Part shown: positions 10,754 to 18,998 of the stretch, piece after piece
How positions within the stretch are numbered: the first letter of the stretch is position 1
How the letters are laid out: each line of letters opens with the position of its first letter
Source: Oligoflexales bacterium
GTDB lineage: Bacteria; Bdellovibrionota_B; Oligoflexia; Oligoflexales; Bog-1112
Assembly: GCA_045106415.1 (NCBI GenBank)
Contig: JBGCEP010000028.1
Location: 48,042-112,041 of the forward strand
Direction of reading: 5' to 3'
Length of the DNA stretch: 64,000 bases
Translations under genes and position numbers: made by a program
Notes under the pieces: model-generated
Told to the model about the DNA's origin: nothing
The model's database searches: none
Seen by the model: the letters and a program-made list of their open reading frames with translations, nothing else

Positions 10754-11715
10754 GCCCTCTATGGCATCAATTTTATAAACCTTCTCAATTGAGGGGATGG
10801 TCACGACGGAAAGACGAACTTCAAAACGAGCGCTTAGGTGATTCAACTGCTTTCTTCGACATGACAACCACCCATCATTCCTCTTTTTCCTCTCAGAAAA
10901 TTGGGATCATAGGCTTCGAGTGTGACGAAGGTGTTTCTAGAAATCAAGGGCGCACTGGAGCTGCCCAAGGGCCACAAATTCTTCGCCCTTTTCTCTACAA
11001 CCTCCCTATTCACAAACCACGAGATCTTATCGATTGCGGTAATATTACTTGCCAAAATAAAAACTTAGAAGCTGCTCAGGCGGCCCTTAGCCAAGCTGTT
11101 CAGCATATGCATCAAAACAACATTCTTCCTTGTGTCATCGGTGGAGGCCACGAGACAGCTTGGGGTCATTTTCAAGGAATTCAAGCTACGCATTCTGAAA
11201 AAAAAATTGGCATTATTAATTTTGACGCACATTTTGACATCCGAGCGTTACACCAGAGGCAAGGTCACTCTGGCACTCCTTTTTTACAAATTCAAGAACT
11301 TTTACAAAGCAAAAATAAAAATTTTTCTTATATGTGTTTAGGTATTCAGGAAAGTTCCAACACACAATCGCTTTTTCAAAAAGCAACACAATTAAATATT
11401 CAATATACCCTTGCCCATGAATTTGAAAATCTTTGTTTTCATAATTTAAATCAATTTATAAAATCTTGTGATGGAATCTATTTATCAATTTGTCTTGATG
11501 TTTTCAATGCAGCTAATGCCCCTGGGGTCAGCTCTCCGCAACCCTTTGGGGTGCAACCATCATCATTTCTAAAAGTGCTACGACATATTCTAGAACAATC
11601 AATTTTATTTGGAGTTGATATCGTCGAATTATCACCTAAACACGACACCAACAATCTCACAGCAAAACTTGCAAGTCAGATATTCTACAACATCTTTCAT
11701 TTTATGAATAGTTAA
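10750..11715 (+). CDS. hutG: Formimidoylglutamase (arginase family)
   Basis: DEGVSRNQGRTGA, GGGHETAW, NFDAHFD, CLDVF, APGVS; operon context. Confidence 0.93.
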   Translation: MSPLWHQFYKPSQLRGWSRRKDELQNERLGDSTAFFDMTTTHHSSFSSQKIGIIGFECDEGVSRNQGRTGAAQGPQILRPFLYNLPIHKPRDLIDCGNITCQNKNLEAAQAALSQAVQHMHQNNILPCVIGGGHETAWGHFQGIQATHSEKKIGIINFDAHFDIRALHQRQGHSGTPFLQIQELLQSKNKNFSYMCLGIQESSNTQSLFQKATQLNIQYTLAHEFENLCFHNLNQFIKSCDGIYLSICLDVFNAANAPGVSSPQPFGVQPSSFLKVLRHILEQSILFGVDIVELSPKHDTNNLTAKLASQIFYNIFHFMNS

Positions 11716-11949
11716 TTTTATTACCACAAAAGTTAACTTATCATAAAATTTACAGCTATTGACCTCACTTTAAAAACAACAAATAGCTTGATAACGATAA
11801 AAAATTTTGAATTTTTAATAAAGTAAATTTCTTTAAAAAAAATTTATTCAAATAAAAAAATATAAAGAAATATAAAAACCTTTATATTAAGAAAGATAGC
11901 TATAAAAAAATTCCCGCCGATTATTTTATCTATTAAAAAACATGAATCT

Positions 11950-11977
11950 TCAATAAAAATAACAATAAACCCGATAG
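11950..11977 (+). promoter_or_regulatory. Putative sigma28-type promoter TCAA-N16-CCCGATAG
   Basis: About 30 bp upstream of the 12009 start and GAGG RBS. Confidence 0.5.
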
Positions 11978-12008
11978 CCTCAATAGAAGACATAGAGTTG
12001 AGGTTTAC

Positions 12009-13163
12009 ATGAAAATTCTTATTTTAGATGATCAGAAATATTACCTTGAGTCTCTTGTCGATGGTTTAAATGATCTTAACATTGAAATACAAACAACAAC
12101 AGATCCAAAAAAAGCTTTGAAATTGGTTAAACAACACTCCCAAGATTATGCTGTTTTATTAATAGATATCAATATGCCTATTATGAATGGTTTTGAAGTC
12201 ATACAAAAAATAAATAATTTATCACTAGAATATTACCCTCCTGCTATTTTTTTAACCGCTGTTCATAATAATCAACAAAATATTCATTATGGCTACAGTA
12301 ATGGAGCAGTAGACTACTTATTAAAACCCGTGGATTTATTTATCCTTCAATCAAAAATTTCTATCTTTACAAAACTTTATAAAAGTAGAAATGAAAACAA
12401 TTTGTTAAATCAACAGTTATCACAAAAAATTTCTGAGCTTGAAAATGCAAATAAAAATCTACGATCATTTTCTTCTGTCGTAGCAAATGATTTAAAAACT
12501 CATGTCCGACAAATCTATAGTTTTAGCGAAATTATGCTGAATAAGAATTTAAAAAAAGAATGTTCACTTGATTATTTATCCCGAATTCAACAATGCACAT
12601 CTCAAATTAAACGAATTATTCATTCTATCAGCATCTTTAGTCAGTATGGATTAGAAAATATTGATAAAAAAACTTCTCACTCTGAAGAAGTCATACAAGA
12701 AGGAAAAAAATTTATTCAAAAAGAAATCAATAAATTTGATGTGGAAATAAATATTTCAAATCATAGTTATCTTTATTGTGACAAAGAAAAAATGTCTATT
12801 GTTTTTCAGAACATCATACAAAATGCTATAAAATATAAAAATCCGAAAAATTCTCCGGTAATCAACATAAACATTCAACAAGAACCAAAAAAAACAACCA
12901 TATCATTTACAGATAATGGATTAGGTATCCCAGAAAATAAAACAAAAGAAATATTTAAATTTATGGAAAGATTTCATAATCCAGAAAAAATTCCAGGATC
13001 TGGCACGGGTTTAACAATATGTGAGCATATTGTTTCAATGCATGGTGGACATATTTGGGTAGAGTCAGAGCTTAATCATGGAAGTACTTTTTTCATTACC
13101 CTTCCAAAGCATCAAGAAAATATTTTGCTTGATAGCAAAAAGCCATCAAGCAAAATAGACTAG
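12009..13163 (+). CDS. Hybrid response regulator-histidine kinase (REC-HisKA-HATPase); H-box His replaced by Asn
   Basis: LDD, DINMP, LTA, KP receiver motifs; N box QNAIKY, DNGLGI, GSGTGL; H-box reads ANDLK. Confidence 0.9.
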   Translation: MKILILDDQKYYLESLVDGLNDLNIEIQTTTDPKKALKLVKQHSQDYAVLLIDINMPIMNGFEVIQKINNLSLEYYPPAIFLTAVHNNQQNIHYGYSNGAVDYLLKPVDLFILQSKISIFTKLYKSRNENNLLNQQLSQKISELENANKNLRSFSSVVANDLKTHVRQIYSFSEIMLNKNLKKECSLDYLSRIQQCTSQIKRIIHSISIFSQYGLENIDKKTSHSEEVIQEGKKFIQKEINKFDVEINISNHSYLYCDKEKMSIVFQNIIQNAIKYKNPKNSPVININIQQEPKKTTISFTDNGLGIPENKTKEIFKFMERFHNPEKIPGSGTGLTICEHIVSMHGGHIWVESELNHGSTFFITLPKHQENILLDSKKPSSKID

Positions 13164-13303
13164 TTACAATGATCATCGCACTCTTCACAACAATCACAAC
13201 TTGCATATTCGCAGGTGTCACACCCGCAATGAGTAACAGAAAATCCTGGGTTCGCAGGGACCATTAACGCGACCAACGATAGTTTTTTCAAAAGGTTCTT
13301 CAT
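13160..13303 (-). CDS. Secreted Cys-rich metallothionein-like peptide, 47 aa (MKNLLKKLSLVALMVPANPGFSVTHCGCDTCEYASCDCCEECDDHCN)
   Basis: Manual translation; GAGGAG RBS; signal-peptide-like N-terminus; 8 Cys and 2 His in the last 25 aa; own ECF-type promoter; below the ORF-track size cutoff. Confidence 0.8.
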   Translation of the reverse strand: MKNLLKKLSLVALMVPANPGFSVTHCGCDTCEYASCDCCEECDDHCN

Positions 13304-13362
13304 CTCAAACTCCTCTAAATAAATTATTTATAAACCTTCTCACTCAAAGGCTTTTCATGAAC

Positions 13363-13391
13363 TATACTCAAATGATGACGAAAGTGTGACA
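13363..13391 (-). promoter_or_regulatory. Putative ECF sigma promoter TGTCACA-N17-GTATA for the Cys-rich peptide
   Basis: Same motif and spacing as 13919-13947. Confidence 0.7.
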
Positions 13392-13398
13392 TAGTGAC

Positions 13399-13893
13399 TC
13401 ATAAAAATTTAAATCTCGCTTTAACAGCTTCATCTAAAAGAACTCCCCACGACTTAAAGCTTATATAAGCACTTAATGACCACATGAAAACATGCGGAAC
13501 ATCATTCATAACAGATCCGTTCATGTAAATTAAAAAAGCAAAAAAATTTAAAAATATAAAGAGAATAAAATGATAACTCCATATCACATGGCGGAATAAA
13601 AAACGGGAACAGATCCCTTTCAGTATCACGATAGGGGCCAATGTAAAAATCATTCCGCACAAAATAGAGCAGCGGATAGATCCATACCTAGAATGAACCA
13701 TATGCATCGTATCTTGTGCCATACGACTTAGCCCAAGACCAAATTGTCCACAAAAAATCATAGATAAAAAGCCACCAAGAAAAATAGATAAACCTAGGCG
13801 CCATGTCACAGACCAAACACTAGGGTGCAGGTCTTGATGCACATACTTATAAATTTCTTCAACTTTAGTTTGATCAATTTTAGGAGCAACCAT
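13399..13893 (-). CDS. Membrane protein, putative anti-sigma factor
   Basis: About 4 TM segments, FCGQFG and CSILCG Cys motifs, His/Met loop; divergent from csoR-ECF. Confidence 0.6.
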   Translation of the reverse strand: MVAPKIDQTKVEEIYKYVHQDLHPSVWSVTWRLGLSIFLGGFLSMIFCGQFGLGLSRMAQDTMHMVHSRYGSIRCSILCGMIFTLAPIVILKGICSRFLFRHVIWSYHFILFIFLNFFAFLIYMNGSVMNDVPHVFMWSLSAYISFKSWGVLLDEAVKARFKFL

Positions 13894-13918
13894 AATTTAT
13901 CCTAGATGATTCTAAATA

Positions 13919-13947
13919 TATACACTCATCGCTCAAAATTTGTGACA
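13919..13947 (-). promoter_or_regulatory. Putative ECF sigma promoter TGTCACA-N17-GTATA for the anti-sigma candidate
   Basis: Second copy of the motif, about 25 bp upstream of the start. Confidence 0.7.
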
Positions 13948-13960
13948 TTTGACAAAAACT

Positions 13961-13990
13961 TTGACCCACCATACCCCCCAGGGGTATATT
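13961..13990 (+). promoter_or_regulatory. sigma70 promoter (TTGACC-N18-TATATT) with CsoR-type operator ATACCCC-CCA-GGGGTAT (13971-13987)
   Basis: C-tract/G-tract palindrome typical of CsoR/RcnR operators, overlapping the spacer and -10. Confidence 0.85.
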
Positions 13991-13996
13991 GTTATC

Positions 13997-14278
13997 ATGG
14001 ATAAAAATGTATTTGCAAAAAAAACATCAGCAAGATTAAACCGAGCACTAGGTCAAGTCAAAGCAATTGGCAGCATGATTGAGAATGATGATTATTGTAT
14101 TCATATCATCAGGCAAATTCGCGCTGCTAAATCAGCTTTAAATGCTCTTGAGCTTCTTTTACTAAATAGGCACATGCAAACTTGTGTTCGCACAGCATTT
14201 CAGCATGAAGATCCCGTCACCTCAGAAGAAAAAATTGATGAAATCATTTCTCTACTTAAAGAAGCACGAAAGTCATGA
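13997..14278 (+). CDS. csoR: Metal-sensing transcriptional repressor, CsoR/RcnR family
   Basis: RLNRALGQVKAI, YCIHIIRQ, HMQTCV (Cys-His-Cys ligand set); start moved to ATG 13997. Confidence 0.88.
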   Translation: MDKNVFAKKTSARLNRALGQVKAIGSMIENDDYCIHIIRQIRAAKSALNALELLLLNRHMQTCVRTAFQHEDPVTSEEKIDEIISLLKEARKS

Positions 14279-14784
14279 ATAAAAAAAACTGCACGAACGA
14301 AGATCTTTTAAGGTTTTATTCTCAAGGAGATTTTGCGAGTTTTGATATTTTTTTCAAAAGAAACAGTCATATGATTTTTATGTTTATCTTCAGCAGAAGT
14401 GGAAATAAAGCTGACTCAGAAGATATTCTCCAAGAAACATTTTTTAAAATCCATAAGTATATTCACACATTTAACCCAGAAAAAAATGCATTGAATTGGG
14501 TTTTCACAATCGCTATGAACACTCTTATCACACACCATAAATCTCGAAACAAACACCTACCTCACTTTGATGAAATAAGTGCATCTTCTCCACACAGTCA
14601 AATTGAAGCTCGCAATGAATTACAAAAAATATTGGCAACATTATCTCATCACGAATCTTCTTTAATCATAGAAAAATTCCTTCTTGGAAAAGACTCTCAT
14701 GAGATGAGTGAAACTTTTAAATCACCTGCTCCAAATATTCGAAAAAAATTATCTCGCCTTCTACAAAAAATCAGGTACTCATAA
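14275..14784 (+). CDS. ECF RNA polymerase sigma factor
   Basis: Region 2 (SEDILQETFFKI..WVFTIAMN) and region 4 HTH; ATGA overlap with csoR. Confidence 0.88.
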   Translation: MNKKNCTNEDLLRFYSQGDFASFDIFFKRNSHMIFMFIFSRSGNKADSEDILQETFFKIHKYIHTFNPEKNALNWVFTIAMNTLITHHKSRNKHLPHFDEISASSPHSQIEARNELQKILATLSHHESSLIIEKFLLGKDSHEMSETFKSPAPNIRKKLSRLLQKIRYS

Positions 14785-14930
14785 GCAATACCAACTAGAA
14801 AAAAGATCAGCAAAAAAACTCACTCACATCTCTAAACAAGTTTACTTCATAATTCTTAAACAACATACAACACCTTAATAATTAAAGAGAAAATAAGACT
14901 TTCGTCAAAAACTTGCCAATACCTCAAGTC

Positions 14931-14954
14931 ATCGTTTAAGTTATGTTAAACGAT
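14931..14954. promoter_or_regulatory. Perfect palindromic operator ATCGTTTAA-N6-TTAAACGAT
   Basis: 9-bp perfect arms; recurs at 21246 and 21301; overlaps the -35 of a sigma28-like promoter. Confidence 0.8.
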
Positions 14955-14974
14955 TTGAGCTTTTCAGCCGATAG
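14947..14974 (+). promoter_or_regulatory. Putative sigma28-type promoter TAAA-N16-GCCGATAG
   Basis: Near-consensus FliA elements upstream of azurin. Confidence 0.6.
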
Positions 14975-15027
14975 GGCTGTTAGGTTCAATTATATCTTTT
15001 CAATCCTTTGAATCTTAGGAGCTTTCT

Positions 15028-15531
15028 ATGTTAAAAAATTTTCTTGCTATTTTATGTATCTTTGTAAGTCATCTTGCTTATGGGCTTAACTGCAGCGTCA
15101 CCATTGAAGCTAATGATATGATGCGTTATAGCAGTGAAACCATGTCTATCAACAAAAAATGCAAAAATGTTAAAGTGATTCTTAAAAATGTGGGCAAACT
15201 TCCTAAGGTTGCTATGGGGCATAATTGGGTTCTATCAAAGACATCAGATATGCAAGCTGTTTCAACAGAGGCTTTAAAAGCAGGTGCAGCAAAAGAATAC
15301 ACTCCCGAAGGCTCTAAAGTTATTGCAAAAACAAAACTCCTAGGGGGTGGTGAGCAAGATGAAGTGAGCTTTAATGTTGAAAAGTTAAATAAAGATGAAC
15401 AATACACCTATTTTTGCACATTCCCCGGTCATTCTTCTCTAATGAAGGGTACTTTTAAATTCACAGAGACAGGAGAGTTACATGGCAAATCAAACCAAAA
15501 AACCAATGGAGATCACTCCCGAAAAGCTTGA
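15028..15531 (+). CDS. azu: Azurin (blue copper protein)
   Basis: Signal peptide; MGHNWV, FCTFPGHxxLMKG type-1 copper ligands; N-terminal Cys pair. Confidence 0.93.
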   Translation: MLKNFLAILCIFVSHLAYGLNCSVTIEANDMMRYSSETMSINKKCKNVKVILKNVGKLPKVAMGHNWVLSKTSDMQAVSTEALKAGAAKEYTPEGSKVIAKTKLLGGGEQDEVSFNVEKLNKDEQYTYFCTFPGHSSLMKGTFKFTETGELHGKSNQKTNGDHSRKA

Positions 15532-15946
15532 TCGCCTGAAACGCATGTCAGCGGAAAAACCAGGGTTGCAAACGCATCCTCACAATGTTGGTGCGTTTGC
15601 TATACAGCCTTTAGACGAAAATAAGTCTCGCTCTCAATCTTTGCTAGCTATGCAACAACAAACTCAGATGCAGCTTAACCAGATTAATGAGCAGGTACAA
15701 TCGCTAACAAAACAAGCTCTTAAGCTACAAAAGCGTTTTCAAGTTTCTCAACAGATTTACACTGCTAAGATGAGTTTCAAGCCCATCATCGGACAAAGAT
15801 ATTATCTTTACGAAAATCTAAGTGAAAAATTATTTTTATCTATGATTTCTCCAGATGAGTGGGATCACAACTACCGCTTTATAAGTGCTGTTGAACTTCT
15901 TGCTGACCACACATGGCGTGTTTTAGATGACGACCTCATTTCTTAA
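15482..15946 (+). CDS. DUF2452-like protein
   Basis: Coiled coil then AKMSFKPIIGQRYYLY..LSMISPDEW..LLADHTW. Confidence 0.75.
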   Translation: MANQTKKPMEITPEKLDRLKRMSAEKPGLQTHPHNVGAFAIQPLDENKSRSQSLLAMQQQTQMQLNQINEQVQSLTKQALKLQKRFQVSQQIYTAKMSFKPIIGQRYYLYENLSEKLFLSMISPDEWDHNYRFISAVELLADHTWRVLDDDLIS

Positions 15947-15956
15947 GGAGAAGACA

Positions 15957-16127
15957 ATGCTCAATTGGCTACGACCAGACCCAGTGAAAAAACTTCAAAA
16001 GATATATGAAAAAAAATATGCAGAGGCAATTCAAGCGCAAAGAAATGGCAATATAGCAAAATACAGCCAATTGATCACTGAATCAGAAGAAATATGGAAA
16101 AAAATAAAAAGCTACCAACAAAAATAG
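15957..16127 (+). CDS. Small conserved protein (DUF6435/Lacal_2735-like)
   Basis: DPVKKLQKIYEKKYAEAIQAQRNGNI pattern; AAGGAG RBS before ATG 15957. Confidence 0.7.
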   Translation: MLNWLRPDPVKKLQKIYEKKYAEAIQAQRNGNIAKYSQLITESEEIWKKIKSYQQK

Positions 16128-16152
16128 TTTAAAACAAGACAAAGGAGGAAAT

Positions 16153-17550
16153 ATGCTAAAAGTCTGTATCACAGGTGCTACTGGATTTATTGGGAAAAAC
16201 CTCCTTTCGTCTTTAAAACAATATGACGATATAGAAATCATTGCCTTAAGTCGTAAAATCTCTCCAATGATGGATGGAGCTTCAAAAGGAAATATCGTAT
16301 GGAAAAGATGCAATGGTTTTTCTTTACTTGATGTGGAAAAAGCAACAGAAGGAGTTGACATACTCGTTTATCTTATCCACTCAATGGTACCATCTTCATC
16401 GCTTTCTCAAGGAAAATTCTCAGACTTTGACCTTTTCTTAGCTGATAACTTTGCTAAGGCAGCAAAAAAAAATGGTGTCAAAAAAATCATTTATCTCAGC
16501 GGATTTATTCCTGAAGATGAGAAGCTTTCAGCTCACTTACAAAGTCGACTTGAGGTTGAAAAGGCTCTTGCTCAATACGATAATAACTTATCTGTTTTAC
16601 GCGCAGGTCTTATTGTAGGTCGTAATGGAAGTAGTTTCCGTATTTTAGAGCGACTTATACGCCGTCTCCCCGTCTTAATTTGCCCATCATGGACTTTATC
16701 AAAAACTCAGCCTATTGATTTAAAAGATGTCCTCGCGAGCTTGGTTTATTGCCTTCGTCAGCCTGATCAAAATCCAAGCATCTCAGATATTGGTGGCCCC
16801 GACATCATGACTTATAAAGAAATGCTTCACTCAACAGCACTGATTCTGAATAAAAAAAGACCTATTTTTAATGTCCCTGTGTTTTCTCCAAGCTTATCAA
16901 AATTGTGGGTTTCTAAAGTCACATCAGCATCACCTCAGCTCGTTTACCCTCTTGTAGAATCTCTTAAACACAACATGATAGCTGATCCTAAAAAACAGCT
17001 TATCTTAAAAAATCATACATACACATCCTTCAAAGAGTCTTTAAAAAAAGGCATTAATCCACATGAAGAAGGCTTTGTTCACCGTATCATTAACTATAAT
17101 GCAAATATCAATTTACACTGGTTAGAAAACGTAACTTCAATACAGCGTATACCGAACCCTCTTGGGCATTCAGCAGAGTACGCGGCTATTCAATATTTTT
17201 CTTGGCTACCTCAATTTTTAAAAACTTTTATAAATATAGAAAAAATCAACAACCAAGTTAATTTTTATCTCTCTTCAAAAATACTCCTTCTCAGGTTGGA
17301 AAAAAAGATGGAACGAAGCACAAAGACAAGAGTTCTTTATTATATAAAAGGAGGTATCCTAGCCCGAGACAACACTCTCAATGGACGGCTAGAATTTAGA
17401 AACATTCCATGTTCTCAGGATATTTTGATTTCTCTTCTTGACTTCAGACCTTCTTTACCTTGGTTTATCTACAAATATACCCAAGCACTTATCCACATCT
17501 TTACCATGAATTATTTTCATAGACATTGGGTTAAAAAATTTACGTGTTAG
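16153..17550 (+). CDS. NAD(P)-binding epimerase/atypical SDR (YbjT-like) with C-terminal extension
   Basis: TGATGFIG, YLIHSM, SAHLQSRLEVE, LRAGLIVG, TQPI. Confidence 0.85.
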   Translation: MLKVCITGATGFIGKNLLSSLKQYDDIEIIALSRKISPMMDGASKGNIVWKRCNGFSLLDVEKATEGVDILVYLIHSMVPSSSLSQGKFSDFDLFLADNFAKAAKKNGVKKIIYLSGFIPEDEKLSAHLQSRLEVEKALAQYDNNLSVLRAGLIVGRNGSSFRILERLIRRLPVLICPSWTLSKTQPIDLKDVLASLVYCLRQPDQNPSISDIGGPDIMTYKEMLHSTALILNKKRPIFNVPVFSPSLSKLWVSKVTSASPQLVYPLVESLKHNMIADPKKQLILKNHTYTSFKESLKKGINPHEEGFVHRIINYNANINLHWLENVTSIQRIPNPLGHSAEYAAIQYFSWLPQFLKTFINIEKINNQVNFYLSSKILLLRLEKKMERSTKTRVLYYIKGGILARDNTLNGRLEFRNIPCSQDILISLLDFRPSLPWFIYKYTQALIHIFTMNYFHRHWVKKFTC

Positions 17551-18988
17551 ACTTCGGCAGCAATTTATACCGTTCCAAAGCTTTTGCACGGGCTGTTTTA
17601 TGATCAACAATAGGCCTAGGATAGTCACAACCTAGTGTGACTCCGTAGTTCGCTAACTCTAAAGTAGTCAGTTCCCAAGGCTTATGAATCCATTTTAAAG
17701 GTATTTTAGATAGCTCAGGGCACCACTTACGAATATAATCACCTGATTGATCAAATTTTTCCCCTTGAGTGATGGGATTAAAAATTCTAAAGAAAGGGGA
17801 TGCGTCTGGTCCGCAACCCGCTGTCCATTGCCACCCTTGAGTATTACTCGCTAAATCCGCATCAACTAGCGTATTCCAAAACCACCTAGCTCCTTCTTGC
17901 CACGGAATATTGAGATGTTTAATAAGAAAAGAAGCAACAATCATACGAACTCTATTATGCATCCATCCTGTATTCCACAGTTCCCTCATACCAGCATCGA
18001 CTATTGGATAACCTGTATTCCCTGAGCACCATAAATCAAACCAATTTGCATTTTTTTTCCATGGGAAATCTTTAAATTGCTTTTTCAGTGGCTCATCTGG
18101 CAATAAAGGAAAAAAATACAAGAGGTGATATGCAAACTCTCTCCAGACAATTTCTTTACAAAATTGAATAATATTTTCATTTTTTATTCTAGACAAAGGA
18201 CCATATTCTTTTTCTACAGCATCTAAAATAGACCGCGGATGAATTTCTCCAAAATGTAAATAAGGGCTTAAGCTCGATGTCCCGGAGACCGCAGGAAAAT
18301 CTCTTTTATCATGGTAACTTTCAATTCCAGATTGGATAAAATTTTTCAAAGCTTTTTTTGCATTTTTTTCACCAGGTTTCCAAATAAAAAATCCTGTATC
18401 CCATGGTATCGTAGGCAATAATTTCAAGCTTTCTACTCTAAGGCTTTGCGCAACCCCCTCTGGAGAGGGCGAAAGACCCCTCTTCTTATTTTTTGGAAAC
18501 GACCTATATTTTTTTAGAAAGTTCCTCCAAAAAGGTGTGTAAACAAGGTATGGGCTTCCATCCGATTTGAGCAGATCAGCAGGTTCTTTTAAAAGAGAAC
18601 CTGCACAAGCTGTCCACGGTATATCGCGTTTTTCAAATTCTTTGATAGCTTCTTTCACTTGATTTTTTGAACTCGGATCATAATTCCTATTCCAGAACAC
18701 AGCTTGAATATCAATCTTCTCAAAAATATCTGAAAAAACATGCTGCCCTTGACCTTCCATAATAAATAAATTAGATCCTTGTTTTTGAAGAGAGTCTTGG
18801 TACTCAACAAGACTATGGTGAAGCCACCAGCAACTCGCCTCACCTGGAGGCCATTCTTTTTTCACGTCATGTATAAAGACTGGCAAAACATATTCATATT
18901 CACTTGCTTCTATAAGAGCTTGATTCTCGTCAATCCGAAAATCATTCCGGACCCAAACAAGAGCCGTTCCTTTTTTTTTCATTGCCAT
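17540..18988 (-). CDS. phrB: Deoxyribodipyrimidine photolyase (class I CPD)
   Basis: WVRNDFRIDEN, TSSLSPYLHFGEI, TGYPIVDAGMRELWNTGWMHNRVRM, LVDADLASN, FRIFNP. Confidence 0.96.
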   Translation of the reverse strand: MAMKKKGTALVWVRNDFRIDENQALIEASEYEYVLPVFIHDVKKEWPPGEASCWWLHHSLVEYQDSLQKQGSNLFIMEGQGQHVFSDIFEKIDIQAVFWNRNYDPSSKNQVKEAIKEFEKRDIPWTACAGSLLKEPADLLKSDGSPYLVYTPFWRNFLKKYRSFPKNKKRGLSPSPEGVAQSLRVESLKLLPTIPWDTGFFIWKPGEKNAKKALKNFIQSGIESYHDKRDFPAVSGTSSLSPYLHFGEIHPRSILDAVEKEYGPLSRIKNENIIQFCKEIVWREFAYHLLYFFPLLPDEPLKKQFKDFPWKKNANWFDLWCSGNTGYPIVDAGMRELWNTGWMHNRVRMIVASFLIKHLNIPWQEGARWFWNTLVDADLASNTQGWQWTAGCGPDASPFFRIFNPITQGEKFDQSGDYIRKWCPELSKIPLKWIHKPWELTTLELANYGVTLGCDYPRPIVDHKTARAKALERYKLLPKSNT

Positions 18989-18998
18989 TCAATATCCC

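Noticed and set aside
13160..13303. Cys-rich peptide as a RiPP (ranthipeptide/lanthipeptide) precursor
   Set aside because: No radical SAM, LanM, YcaO or peptidase-transporter nearby; leader looks like a Sec signal and the context is metal sensing
13949..13996. His-containing N-terminal extension of CsoR (MTKTLTHHTPQG) suggesting RcnR-like Ni/Co sensing
   Set aside because: It is the translation of the promoter/operator; ATG 13997 is the more plausible start
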